Shown here in pieces: positions 15,201-27,700 of a stretch of DNA of 64,000 nucleotides (positions are counted from its first letter, which is position 1; the number at the start of each line of letters is the position of its first letter). A model generated the notes under the pieces. That model did not search any database. It worked only from the letters and a program-made list of their open reading frames with translations, and had not been told where the DNA came from. The stretch comes from Bugula neritina (taxonomy: Eukaryota > Animalia > Bryozoa). The translations under genes were made by a program, and so were the position numbers. Location: contig OZ037765.1 in assembly GCA_964035545.1 (NCBI GenBank), positions 20,150,995 to 20,214,994 on the forward strand, written 5' to 3'.

Positions 15201-18200
15201 GTTAAGCGTTCAGGATGGGGGGTTTAACACCAGTGTGCGATTAATACCTGAGCCATTTTTACTTAAAGTCGGAACAGGTTTCCTATAAAAGTTCATTGAG
15301 TGTGGGGAAAAACACCATGTTTTGGATATAGACGCCACCACTTTAGTGTAACTTTAAAAACAGTGCTGCTGCTATGAAAAGCAATGATATGATGATTGCA
15401 CTCCTGCATTTTTAGGTTCAGATTATTTAGTGTAGCAAATATATTCACTAGGTATGTAGTATACAGTTCATAGAGATTGACTTGCATGGCTGCTAAAAAT
15501 TGGCCTGTTGGTTTTTGCATATTTTTGACCTTCATTCAAAGTAGCACAGGGAACAGTTAGGGTAGAGTAGTTTCAGAATATGGTTTGGTTAAATAGATGA
15601 ACTAAGATGAAGATTTATAGATATGCATATACATGTAACTTGCAAGAGCTCAAAAACCGTCAACAAATTGCGTAAATTTTTCAAAATTCAAATTCCCCCC
15701 CTAAAATGTCCAAATTCCCCCCTAGGGGGGAATTCCCCCCAGGTTGGGAACCACTGTTGTAAAGCAACATTCTTCTATTTTGCTCACTCAGTAGGACTCC
15801 TTCAGTTCTATGTTGTTTGTGATTTCACTTTGATTGTGTATTTAAATTGTTGTAATGCAGTTTTGTGACTGCCATGCTAACTAAATATGAGAACATAAAA
15901 TAGTGAAAGCAACCAGAAACATTTATTTTGAGATAAGCTGGCCCCAACACACTAAGTTGTGTGCAACTCCTAGTCTTCTAAATGCTATTCTCTGAATTCA
16001 ATAACAATAAGTTGCTGCATTAGAGATGGAATGGCCTCAATCACTGCTAGTTGTAAGCCCACAGAATGTTGGGGAAAGTGTTGCTAATTAGCCATGATAG
16101 GATCATTAGTGGTCATTGTATTCTTTTGTAATACTTCAGCACTTGCTCAGCCCATAGTTTCTGTTGGCTCTATTATATTCCTGCCATGTTGTATTGTAGG
16201 AAACTCTGGTTTCTGGGAGTCTGGTACCAACAGAGCCATTGGAGGTGCTCCATCCAACTGGAACTCTAAGCCATCAGTCTCCTGGACTGGTGATAACACC
16301 ACAGGCAGCAGTGGCTGGGGTCCCTCTGCTGGTGGCTCTTCTGGTCAGCATGGCTGGGGCGATTCGTCAGGAGGCAGCCAGTGGCAGGGCGGTGCTGGAA
16401 ACAGAAAGCCTTCGTTTGGTTGGGATGATGGTCAGATGAATGGAGGTGAATATGGCCGAGACAGGAGATTGGTGAGTCTTGAATACACATCCAGTATAGA
16501 AACACCCTGTATATGTATATATAAGTTGCAACAGACGCGCAGTGTGTGATGGTTTCTTTTCTGTTTAGAAAAGTGATTCAGCTCAGCTGGGTGACGAAGA
16601 CTATGGCGACTGGAATGAGAGCAACTCTGTCTGGTCCAGTGCTGGTGGATTCAAGCAAGTCAGGAAACATGTAAGAGTATACCAAGTCTTCTTGCCTTCA
16701 ATGGGTAGAATGTCCACCACCGGAACATTTACCAACTTCTTATATAGCCCCAAACTGCTGTAGCCTTTATAGAACAACTAGGTGTAGGACAGGGTGTTTG
16801 TGGTTAACATGTGGTAGTAGTTTCAGCTGTCTATGCAGTAAGCGGGCAGTCAGCTGTACAGGATATCTAGTCCCTACTAGTATACACTGCCTGTCACATA
16901 CTTCAGTCTCAGCGCTATGATTATACCCTATATGCTCTCGCATTCCTTATGTCAAGTATACAGTCATGGCTGCTGTAATGATGTTATTATAGATGAATAA
17001 CTAGCTAGCCTCACTCTCGCTGTGTGCTGTTGCTGATAATCAATAATGGCTACAGTCACTACACGAACTGTGTTGCACTAGTTTTATGTCAGTTTACTAG
17101 TTTTTGCCTACATCCCAATATTCTACTGAGTTTTTAGTACTACATTTGCTTGGCTAGGAGCATAGTTTGTTTTAAAGTGTCAATAGCTCTAAAGCTTGAA
17201 ATAATATCCAGGCTGTTGTACTCCAGCTTGAGGCTATATAGATGCTTTGTTTTTTTAAAGTCATTGAATGTACTTATAAGGATTACCCCAGTCTCTACAG
17301 TTGTGTGAGGTGGTAGACTCAGTTGAGGTTTCGCCATTAGACCATTTGATAAAGAGGTTTGTAGCAGCAGAGAAGTCGTGCTACAACTAGTTGCAGGCTG
17401 CATGCAGTTAGTGATTACTTAGCATACTGACTGTAATTTGTAGAATACCATACCAGAGAACCATATACCTCCTCACATGCAAGCTAACAGGATTGGAGGT
17501 GGTGGGGGTCATTACGGCAGTGGTAACTCCTCCGCCATGATGAATAGTGGAATCGGTAACAATGGTATGCTCAGCACCAAACAGCAGATGATCCAGTACC
17601 TCATGAATATGAAATTCACCGTGAGTATACTCCCTGTATACTTTCAATATATTATCTATATAGTGAGCTATTTTCCACTAGCACACTGCATCAGTGCTCT
17701 TGACATGGCCTTTATTCTGAGATTATATATGTGTTCACTCCAGGTTGTTGATAAGCTGTAACACTAGGGCCTCCTAGGCTCAACTAAGCTTTAGTGTTAG
17801 ACTTGCTCAATATTATTACAGAAAGAAGAAGCAAATGGTGCTCTTATCAACAACAACATGAACTTTGATGCTGCTTTAGCAGAACTGAAAAGTATGCAGC
17901 AGCAAAGAGGTGGTGACTTCGGAGGTGGGTACCATGTATGGTGTAGCTGCTGTAATGTATGTCCACTTTCAATTATATGTTCAAATGTTGACTGATGCTT
18001 GTTAATGATTGAAGGTATGCCTATGGCCGGTGGGCCAATGGGAGACAATCCATTCAATCCCAACATTCCTCCTCCCAACATGGCAACGAATGCTCTCAAT
18101 ACTCCCTACAATCTAAATGCTCAACACAACCCTGTCCAAATGCAGGGCTCTAGTCGTATGAATAAGCCACAGCAACAAAGAGGGCCGATGGGCGGCGGTA

Positions 18201-21200
18201 AGTTGCCTGGATGTTGTCATGTGATGGAAATGAGTTGTGGTAGCAGTCATGAAAGTTGGCAAAGCAAGCTGATGATTTTTTATCTTCCTTCACAGTTGAG
18301 AAAGTAACAATGTATTTCACTCCACTTTATACAGCACAGTAGTTTGTACTGTACACATCTATACTCACGTGTTATGTAATGATGTGTGTTTGAAGGACGC
18401 AACAACACACCGACAACACTGAGTCACCAACAGCACACAAATCTAGTTAGACAGTTGGAGATCGCCATCAACACTGGTGTCATCCACAAGCACATGCTGA
18501 ATGTGCCACTCATAGAGCCAAACATTCGTGTCATACATCAACTACTCCAGCTCTGTCAGACCTACCAGAACAGTGCGGAGTCACTTGGCCAGGTAACTAA
18601 ACTCTACACACTTCACTGTTGGCTGCAGGTGCTTGTTTTCAACACAGCACTAGGCTATCGTGTTGTTGTTGGCACTCCAAATGATAATATAAGATAAAGA
18701 GAGTTTGCTGTAACAACCTGATACACTGGTAATAGGGAGCTTGTGGTAGGATGCTGAGGTCCCTGGTAAAAGTAGGCGATCCCTTATCTTGTGCAGTGCT
18801 GCTGTGCCTGGCCAGTTAGTATCTTCTTACACACATGAAGCTGTAAAGTGGTTCATCCAACAGTCTTTTTTGCTGCCATTGCTAAGTTTAATATGCATAA
18901 TCTGTAGAAAATTGAAACATACCTTTGTAGGTGTTATATTTCTCACATATTTACTTTAAAATCACATGTCGGAGTAACATTCACACAACATCTACAGGGC
19001 TGGGGTACGCCTGTATGTTGCAGGTGCAGCGGCGATTTGGTCACAACTCGGTGCAAGCGGAACAGGCAAACAGAAACCTGAACAGCATCAGTGCCCAGAT
19101 GAAGAATCTGCAGATGCCGTATGTCAAGCAAGTTCACCACGAGGTTTGTCTGCTCTCTGCTGGTCTAATAGAAAGGATAGTTTGTGGAAAAACTCTTTCT
19201 TGATAGAAACTTTATCTATAAAGGTTGATGTGTTTATTAGTATGTTGTGTAATACAGATGAACAAGCAGCAGTATGTTGGTGGCCCCGGGTCGGTGTTGC
19301 GAGGCTCATCTCTCTCCGACAACATGTCTGGCCTGTCACTTACCAACAACTTGTTACCAAACAATCCCGGCTCTGTCACTTCCTCCTCTTCGCAGTCCAG
19401 ACTCGGTATCTGGACGGACAAGGCGCCAGGCTCATCTAGACAAGGTGCTAACAATATGGGCTCCTCATCACTGCATGCTTCTCATTCCACTCCTAACCTA
19501 CATGGTGCGTTCTTTTGCTTTGGTTACCTTAGTTACTCTGCTCTTTTATTTCTTAAACATTTTTGTTAGAAAATCTGCAACACATGAAACGAATAACTTT
19601 GATCAGTGAACTTGTTTTTTTTCCTGAAACTCTGCCCAACATGCATTTTAGTTGTTTCATTAAGTTGTTGCAGCTCTTCTAATGAAATGATATGTGTTGT
19701 TTGATATATGTGCTCCTTTATGTTTAACACCTCTTTAGAGTCTTTATTGATTTTATGATGAGGGTTTTCTATTTTTTTGCCTCGTCATAGTCACTTTTGG
19801 TATGATTTTTTTATAACTGAGAAAAGAATCTCAAGTTTCTAAAACTTGGGTGCATTTTAGAGTTGCTTACTAACGATAGGTCCCTTGGGCTTCTACTATA
19901 CATTCACCTGTTTCCCATGTTTTGATCTCAGTACAACTGCAACCAGTCTGGTCAAAAAGCTATTTAGTGCAATTATTTTTTCATTTTGATATTGCATAGT
20001 TGTCTTCTCTTATATGGGAAGGCCTTAGAAAAACTTTGGTTCTGTAATTCTGATTGATTTGATTTTGATGAAAAGATTAAATAGCTAAAGTACAGCTAAT
20101 TGTAACCTTGTGCATGTTGATGATTGAGTATTACAAGATATTAGCAAACAACCTCACTCTACTGGCAGAGTAATTGATAATCTGGTGTAATTTACACAAA
20201 CAATGAAAGCACTAGTTGTGTTTTAATTCTTACCTGTATCACATTAGTTTTTGTAGTAACAAGTTTTCATTGATCTTTCATTGATTTATTGATCTACTGA
20301 GTTCAGCTGGGCGGACTCTTTCAGACTGACAAAGTGTGATTTTTAGTCTGTTAACATTTCTCAAAATGCTTGCTGTTGGAAACCCCAGTGATTGTTCAAA
20401 CTTTAACCCAATTGTTTTCAGTAATTAACCTCTGTGTCAGTGTGCATATATTTCTATGTTCAGTGTTTGAACATTATTGCCATTCCTGCAACTTAGGAAC
20501 AGTCACTAAAATAAATCTAACCATAACTTTCAACCAACCTAATTTTGGCAATGACTGCCACTATTATTATTACTAACAGGGCTGGGTTCATTGTGGGGTT
20601 CATTGTGGGGTCCATTGTGTTCTACAAAGTATAGAACTTCCAGACAGGTGTTCGATGTTGGATGTCACACTTGGTAAAATTTTTGATGACTCAAGTTGCT
20701 GCTTTCAGGTGGCGTCTTTGACAACAATCCCTGGTCATCGGCTGGTGGCTCAGGGGCTTGGGCTAACATGAGTCCTAGTGGCCAATACTTGGACAACCCA
20801 GAATCTCATTCTCTGAATCCTAATGTCACACAATCTAGCCACACTACCAGCGCTGCATCTAGTTTTGACATCCCAGAGTTTGTGCCCGGAGTACCATGGC
20901 TGGGAGCCAACTCTCAGAAGGTGGAGGATGACCCCAATATTACTCCAGGCAGCGTAGCCAGATCTATTTCAGTCAGCACCACTGCCTCACTCAATCCCAC
21001 AGGTCAGCCTTCTTCTTCCTCTTAGCACATGCCCATTTGCTCCATTTGCTCCATTTGCTCCATTTGCTCCTGTTCTATTAGCTTTTGCTAGATAAATAAA
21101 CTAAGTCTGTCAGTCTGTATTATGATAGGTCGCAACAGCACAGATCTTGGCTGGGGGAGCGGCTCCAAGAGTTCCTGGCCAGGCCAGAACCTGGTATCTA

Positions 21201-22293
21201 CATCAGGTGGTGACATGTGGAAGGCTGGCAATACTCGACCCCCACCAGGGTTTGGCAAGAACATGAATCGTAGCATGTCTATGCCTCAAGGACCCTCAGA
21301 GAAGTCTGCCTTCAGTCCAGGTGTGTTGAAAAGTAGAGAGTTGTAAATTATATGCATTTGTTAGTTTAGTAGATATAATTGTGACTAATTTGCACCTTTG
21401 TAACATATCTGTCAGTTATAAGTCAAGTTTATGACCCACCCTTTCAATCTGAAAGCACTAACAGGAAATGTGATTGTTTTAGTTGGCTCCAGCTGGGATA
21501 ACCAGCAGGCTCTGCTGTCCAGTGTGAATGTCCCTTGGCTGCTGCTGCGCACTGTTCCAGCTCTTGGAGATGGTAACCTTCTGAAAACCCTCTGCTCTCA
21601 GCATGGACCTTTACAGAACTTTTTCGTGAATGCCAACAATGGGCAAGCTCTCGTAAGGTACAACACAAAGGAGGAGAGCAGTAAAGCTCAAAAGAACCTG
21701 AACTCCTGCTCATTTGGCGAAACCACCATCATGGCTGAATTCGTGGATGAGAGTGAGGTTCGTTTCTCTGTTCATTTTATTCCAAGAGATTTGTTTTAAT
21801 AGGTGCCGGTAATTTTCTTTAGTTCAGAAGTTATTTAGTGTAGAAATTATCTTACCCTATATATTTTGTAGTTAAAAATTTGATCTTTCAACAAATATTT
21901 TACTATTCATTCCTTTTTATAAATTTTATTGTAAAAGCATTTTGGTGCTTTGAATCTTCATGTGCATGTAATATCCCTTTATGTCTTATTTATTAAAAGT
22001 AGTTTTCCATCCAAAGTTGTAGCTGTGGTCAATTTTAGTAACAACACAGAGATAGTAACCTATGTTCCCAATGTGTTTAGGTACAGAAGATTGTGGAGCA
22101 GTGCCAGAGGCAGCCCTCTAGCTTAGGCAGATCCAACTCTGTGTCTGCTGCACCAGGTTCCAATGTCTGGCCAAACACAAACAGCAGTGCTTCCAACCTG
22201 TGGGGTGGCTCTTCCTCTTCCACCTGGTCTGCTCTGCCCAACTCAGGCTTTCTTCCATCTTCTGATATTTCTGGCAACAACTTCAACATGTAA
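9220..22293 (+). CDS. TNRC6: GW182/TNRC6 miRNA effector protein; spliced, start codon uncertain (candidate upstream exons ~6200-6353 and ~9010-9031)
   Basis: GW/WG-rich exons at 11343-12111, 12364-12545, 12662-12939 and 16200-16471, including GWGRPVDQGSPW and NNG|TAIWE. UBA-like IQYLMNMKFT|KEEANGALINNNMNFDAALAELK, then a Q/N-rich region. PAM2 motif FDIPEFVPGVPW followed by EDDPNITPGSV, then RPPPG. RRM WLLLRTVP...LKTLCSQHGPLQNF...ALVRYNTKEESSKAQKNLN. Last exon 22081-22293. Confidence 0.93.
13050..14320 (-). mobile_element. Possible heavily decayed RTE-like LINE fragment in a GW182 intron
   Basis: Frameshifted minus-strand remnants CTIVYGS*SLG (like YGSExW) near 13975-14005 and DGKNEGGR../IWAASV../RGDQQKMSI (like GKRxxGRP..W...V..D) near 13250-13345. 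Many stops. Confidence 0.3.
14329..15756 (-). mobile_element. Non-autonomous hAT (Charlie/Buster-like) element, 1428 bp
   Basis: Perfect 16-bp TIR CAGTGGTTCCCAACCT and perfect 8-bp TSD TTGTAAAG (14321-14328 and 15757-15764). Subterminal ATTCCCCC repeats. A minus-strand remnant of the hAT dimerisation domain, VPFSTIYSCEVEFSS../KRNCLNLQSDLRWAWSNTEP..KHQ, lies at ~14545-14715. Confidence 0.92.
14777..15118. mobile_element. Foldback-like MITE nested in the hAT element (same family as 1193-1376)
   Basis: Inverted arms GGTGC..AAATTGGCACAGGTAATAATGG / CCATTATTACCTGTGCCATTT..GCACC around an AAACCC-rich core. Ends are approximate and no clear TSD was found. Confidence 0.7.
21033..21070. repeat. 9-bp tandem repeat (CCATTTGCT) x4
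   Basis: Read directly, in a short GW182 intron. Confidence 0.85.
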
Positions 22294-24549
22294 ACTAATC
22301 ATAATAAAGAATATCGCACTTGGTTCTAGCGCATGTTCTACGAATGGTGATGGCTGGGAGATGGTAGTCTCCCTCAGTTACCATTAAGCCACATTAGTCT
22401 ATCCGAAGTTTGCCAATTTGTGTTTCTGCTCACCTTATTTTCTGGATCTCTATTGCAATGCATCGACATCACTAAAGTATTTAGGGATATGTGTGCAGTT
22501 TAAATATCAAATCCATAACTATTCTTTTATTGACAAAGTTTTGTGCTATCATTATATAAGCTTATATAACTTCACACACATATATAGATAGCTATAATTT
22601 CTAATTATTCTTATGATTATTATAGTAATTTAGTCCTTATTTGAATCATTGTTTTTCCTGCCTAAGTATTATTATTTAAATCAACTGAATCTGTGTGCTA
22701 CAATAATTCAGTCATAATGTAAATTGTACAAGCAAAGTACATGTCTCACGGCTCATGGTGCACACTACATACATTACTATAAAATATTATCATACTACTA
22801 TTATATAATTAATCTTACTCTACACTGTTATGCATTTTCTCTGGTAATTATGTGCTTGATCAGTTCCCATCTCTATCTTCACATTGCATGACCATTCTTA
22901 TTTACTCTTATATTATTGGCTTACCAGAGATATTGTCCAAAATTACATGCTGTGGCATGGTTCATACCCTAATGTGATGTTCCAAATTTGTTTAAAAAGC
23001 CATGATAAAAGTAAAGATTGTAAAGTCAAAATTATATTTTTATCATTTTCAGATCTTTGCACAAACATAATTATGTCAGTGTTTGTAAATTTGCAATCAG
23101 CTATTTTATCATTTTAATGTGCCAAGTTTTAGTTGGATATACAAACCATTCTCCGATTGTGGTTGGTACGGCTCCTCTGCCATCTGATGTGTGTGATTTT
23201 TTTTTGCGGTGATAGGTCTTATAATCTGCTTTTGGCTCCCAAAGACTCTTTGATATTTATTCTTGTGACAGTGGTTATTCGCCAAGTTCAAACTAGGCAA
23301 ACCTGATGGTATCATTCTTACAATGTGCATCTATGCTACCAGTCTGTATTAGTTATCAGCAATCCTATGTAACTGCAGTGTACTTATCTTTATCTACATA
23401 ACCTCATAGCCAACTAGACTAGTTAATTTCTCTTCAATTATTATTTTCAAATCACTTTCAGTATAATTAAAAACAGCTCATGTGATGGGTCTGTCCAGTC
23501 AATTCTCTCCATTAGAGTATTGTGTAAAACCGGTTTTAAATACCACTTTATCTCAAATATATAATTTGTCACCAATGCTGAACTACTGATAATTTATGAA
23601 CTATAATATATTGACCCTGGTTATTCTCACTCCACATATTAGACCAGAACACTTGCAATCCTGTCACCAGTTTATTTTTGAAGTGCAGACAGCTAAAATC
23701 ATAGAGCATCAGCCCTTTGATCTCCTAATCTCGACAAAAGGTTATCCTTTTATATAGAAATAAGACTAGTAAGCTTCTGTGTTATCAATTTTAGCATTCC
23801 GAGACAAAATTTAAAAACTAAAAATGCCAATTATAGAGACTGAAATAAAATTAATGTAATGCAATCATTGGTGCTATGTAGCCATTCACTAATCGCAGGT
23901 TTTATAGCATTGCTCTTGAGCGAGTCTTTCTTGTCAGTGGGTGACTCGGCAAATGATTGCCATGTTGGGTCACTCCATAACTTGATTCTACCTTAACTAT
24001 TCTTTATGCTCATAATGTCATTTATCTATTTCATCCATTAAAACAGGCCTTTAGAATATTTGCTTGTGTACCATTAATTTAGTTGAATATTTCTGTCCAG
24101 TTAACACAGCATTTGGCTGAACTTCTTGCATCTAGAATTATATATTGTTATACTTGTTACCTCTTGGCATACTATATTTATAAAATATTGTCATCATTTG
24201 TGGTTACTGGAGTACTAGACTAAAGTTATATTATCTAAAACTGATTTGTACATCAGGGCTAAAACTGTGAATGCTTTTGATACACTGTCTGTGCATTAAG
24301 ATTTCGGTGGCTCTTGTAATATTACTAATTTTTTTGTAACTTAGTTATGTCATTTTAATCACACCATGATCATTATGTGTTTCCACATTAAAACTAGCTG
24401 CACCAACTATGCTGAATTTTAGCAATTAGTCATTTAATTGCTACCAGTCATTACGCTAATTTGTATTTTGCTTTGCTTAATTTTTTCTTGTGTGATGCAT
24501 ATGTTATTCCTAATCTATGTAGTGTATATTTTTGGTGGTACAATTTCAA

Positions 24550-24595
24550 AATAAAATATAGAGCTCGTCTCATTTACTGACTACATTTATTTATT
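24550..24595. terminator. Facing polyadenylation signals: AATAAA (+, 24550-24555) and AATAAA (-, 24586-24595)
   Basis: The hexamers lie between the GW182 and eIF3L stop codons. The minus-strand signal is ~110 nt past the eIF3L stop. Confidence 0.45.
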
Positions 24596-24701
24596 AAAAA
24601 TGAAACTATTACCTACACATTGGTAATTATAATTTCTTAGCTATGGTTACTCAATTGTTCCCATCATTGTAACTTAGTTGGCTGAGCGGATACATCCATG
24701 T

Positions 24702-27700
24702 TCAGGCCTGGTGGATTCCAGACTTCAAAGGACCAATTGTTAATTTCTTGAGATTTTTGTTGAGCTAGAAAATATTAAAATTTTTGGTAGATTAAAATCA
24801 TAGTGCCATAGTATTTATGTTACTATTAAGTTAGTAATATTATGTTATGAATAAACAAACCTCTTCAAACTTGTGAATTTGTCTGACAAAGAAATCACCA
24901 TATCTGCGAGCAACTTGGGTGTCTGCTATGTGTATCATTCCCTACAACACCAAAATAATATTTTAACGCATGCATGTCATCCATGTGAACAATTTTCCTG
25001 CACAATCAAAACAAAAACAAATGATCTGTGGAATAGTAAACAAATTGAAATTTTGATGTAATAGCTAGGATGTTGCAAAACCTTTTTCAAGTGTGCAGCA
25101 TCACCATTTGAAAAGTTGAGAGGAGTCATTTGCTCTACTATATAATTGGTATTTATTACTTACATTGTCAATGTAGAAGTCAACTTCTGAACCAGACTGA
25201 AATTCTCCATCTAAACCACTAGAACTTCCTGCCCAAACTACATTTTTCATTTTATGCTAAAATTACAGCATTGTACATAGAATAAGGTATATTTACATCA
25301 TAGAACTAGTTGATGTTAAAATGAATGTGCACCACCTACAAACTATGCAAAAGTCTCTTACCTTGAACCCCATCAAGGCAGTTTTTAGCTCATCAATACT
25401 CTAAAACAGAAAGCAGTGATTGATATTATGTGTCTTACAAAAAACTGTATTCTGTTGTGATGCCAGTTTTCTAGAATCCAGATAGTTACACTAATTTTCT
25501 AAAAATAATACTCTTTTTTACTCATTGGTTAGCTAATTGGTTCACCTGCTGTCTTGATGTTGCTTCGTCACAATCATAATATAAATAGATGAGCATGACA
25601 GGATGCAAATTTGAATTGCACTAAAATCATCTGTGACTAAAACCCATGCATGAAAACATGAATTCATCATATAAAGCAAAGTAGCAGTTAAGTACACACC
25701 ATGTCCATAAATGCAGCCAGCTTAGACAGAGGCAAAGTGGTGTAGAGCTTCAAATAACTGCGTATATTGCCAAGAAGATTGTGCTGTTCAACTTCCTCAG
25801 TAAAAACTCGTTGTTGCAACAGGTATGGCTCCTAAAAATACACTTCTTTGGTATAAAATAATGAATATAAAGTTAAGTGAAAAATTGAACACAGTAATAA
25901 TAGAGTTTTGCAACATCTAAAAGCACTGTAAAACAGCAGTTAAATTTAGTCCAATGAAGTGAATAATATTCTAAGAATATTCACACTTGATGTATTCTAG
26001 ATGTATAGCGAAAATGGTTTTTCCAAGTGATCATTTAATAGTGGCTTCAGTTTGATAAAACTGACCTTATGGTAGTTGACAGGGTTATCGTAGTTTGGTG
26101 GGACAGGCGAGAGAAACTTGGGACAGGCAAAGGAAAAGGAGTTGATGAACTCCGACATGTCACTGTAAACAATTGCCAACAAAATAAGATGAATGGCTTT
26201 TAATTATCACTGTACTGCATAATATAACGGTACCAATTGACACCCACTAGTTACTAGTAGATACACAAACCTTCTTTAACAGAGTTTGCACATATGCCTT
26301 CAGTGAATAACAACAGCTAGCGATCTAGAACTGCTGAAAAAACGAGAAGCTATTACCATTATATTTTAAATATACAAATCTTGCATAATGATAGGCATAA
26401 GATAATAGAAGACACTCTCACTTACCCTTTCTGCATTTTAAGTTTCTTCTCCTGGTACTTGTCCTGCAGTTGTGAGTGAACACTCTCGTCAATTCTCATT
26501 GGATGAAGAACAAGGCAGATATTCAGCAGTGTGTACATCTGATCGTTCTGCTTGTTAATCTTGTAATATAAATTAGTACAAGTTAGAAAAGTTTGAGTAA
26601 CTACAATGCCAAAACTACAGTACATCTATTATCTGTCACAACTGAATCGCTTGTAAAAACCATTTAGGCTTCATTCATTGGCACCGTCAACAATTTCAAT
26701 GTATCAAAGACCAAAACACAACTATTCTACTTTGCAAGAAGGCTAGAGGTCGATTCAATAGACTATTGTCGCAACGGTGCAAAAACTAAAGCTGTCGAAT
26801 TTACATTTTTCCAAGTATTTTGTTGAAAATAGACTACAATTATTTCTTTTTTAACACACTGCAAGCAAAATGAGCATGGAGTAACATTGATACCTGGTCG
26901 TACAACTGAGCCTTGTTCTGAAACATAGACTTAGTTCTCTGAATGTACAAGAGAATATTGGAGAAAGTTCGAATAGCGTCCTGGTATCTTCTCATCATCA
27001 TGTACACAAAGCCAACGTAGTAGTAAGTTGTTATTTGGCAGCCCGGAACTCTTGAGTACAGATTCTATAAGCAACAATTCATTCTCCCAGATTAACACAT
27101 TTACATTCCTCCATAAACTTGATGAAACTAATCAAAGCAAAGAAAATATTAGATTAATATTAACATTTTCTGAAGACTTAATATTCCTTGATAGTTTAAT
27201 TCATTTAGTTGAGCATATTTTATGACAGTAAAAATTTATTTAGTAAAATCAAAACCAAGAACACAGCCAGGTTTGCAATATGGGTGTCAATGGCTTAGTT
27301 TGTTGTAACTCCACCTGATTGGTAATAATAACATAGAATCATATAAAAGCAAGTGGAAAGAGAAAACAAACACCTTCTTGTTGAAGTCAATGCTTTCCAA
27401 CACCTTCAATGCCTGGTAGTAGTCACCAAGGAGAGAATGGAGTCTCAACAGACCAATGAGAGAAAAGTAACCTAGCATCTTGTACAGAGACTGTCTACCA
27501 AACTCGCCGGCCACGCTGTCTGGATCCCCACCACTGGAGTACACCTCCAGCTGCTGGTTGATGTTGGATTTATCTACCAGAGAATGCAGCACATTGAGCA
27601 CACTGTGCACGTTCCAGATCTTTGGGTTTTCTCTCAGCATCTGAACTTCTACATCACTCTATAAAATACAGCATAGTAAACATACATGCTGTCCGACAAA

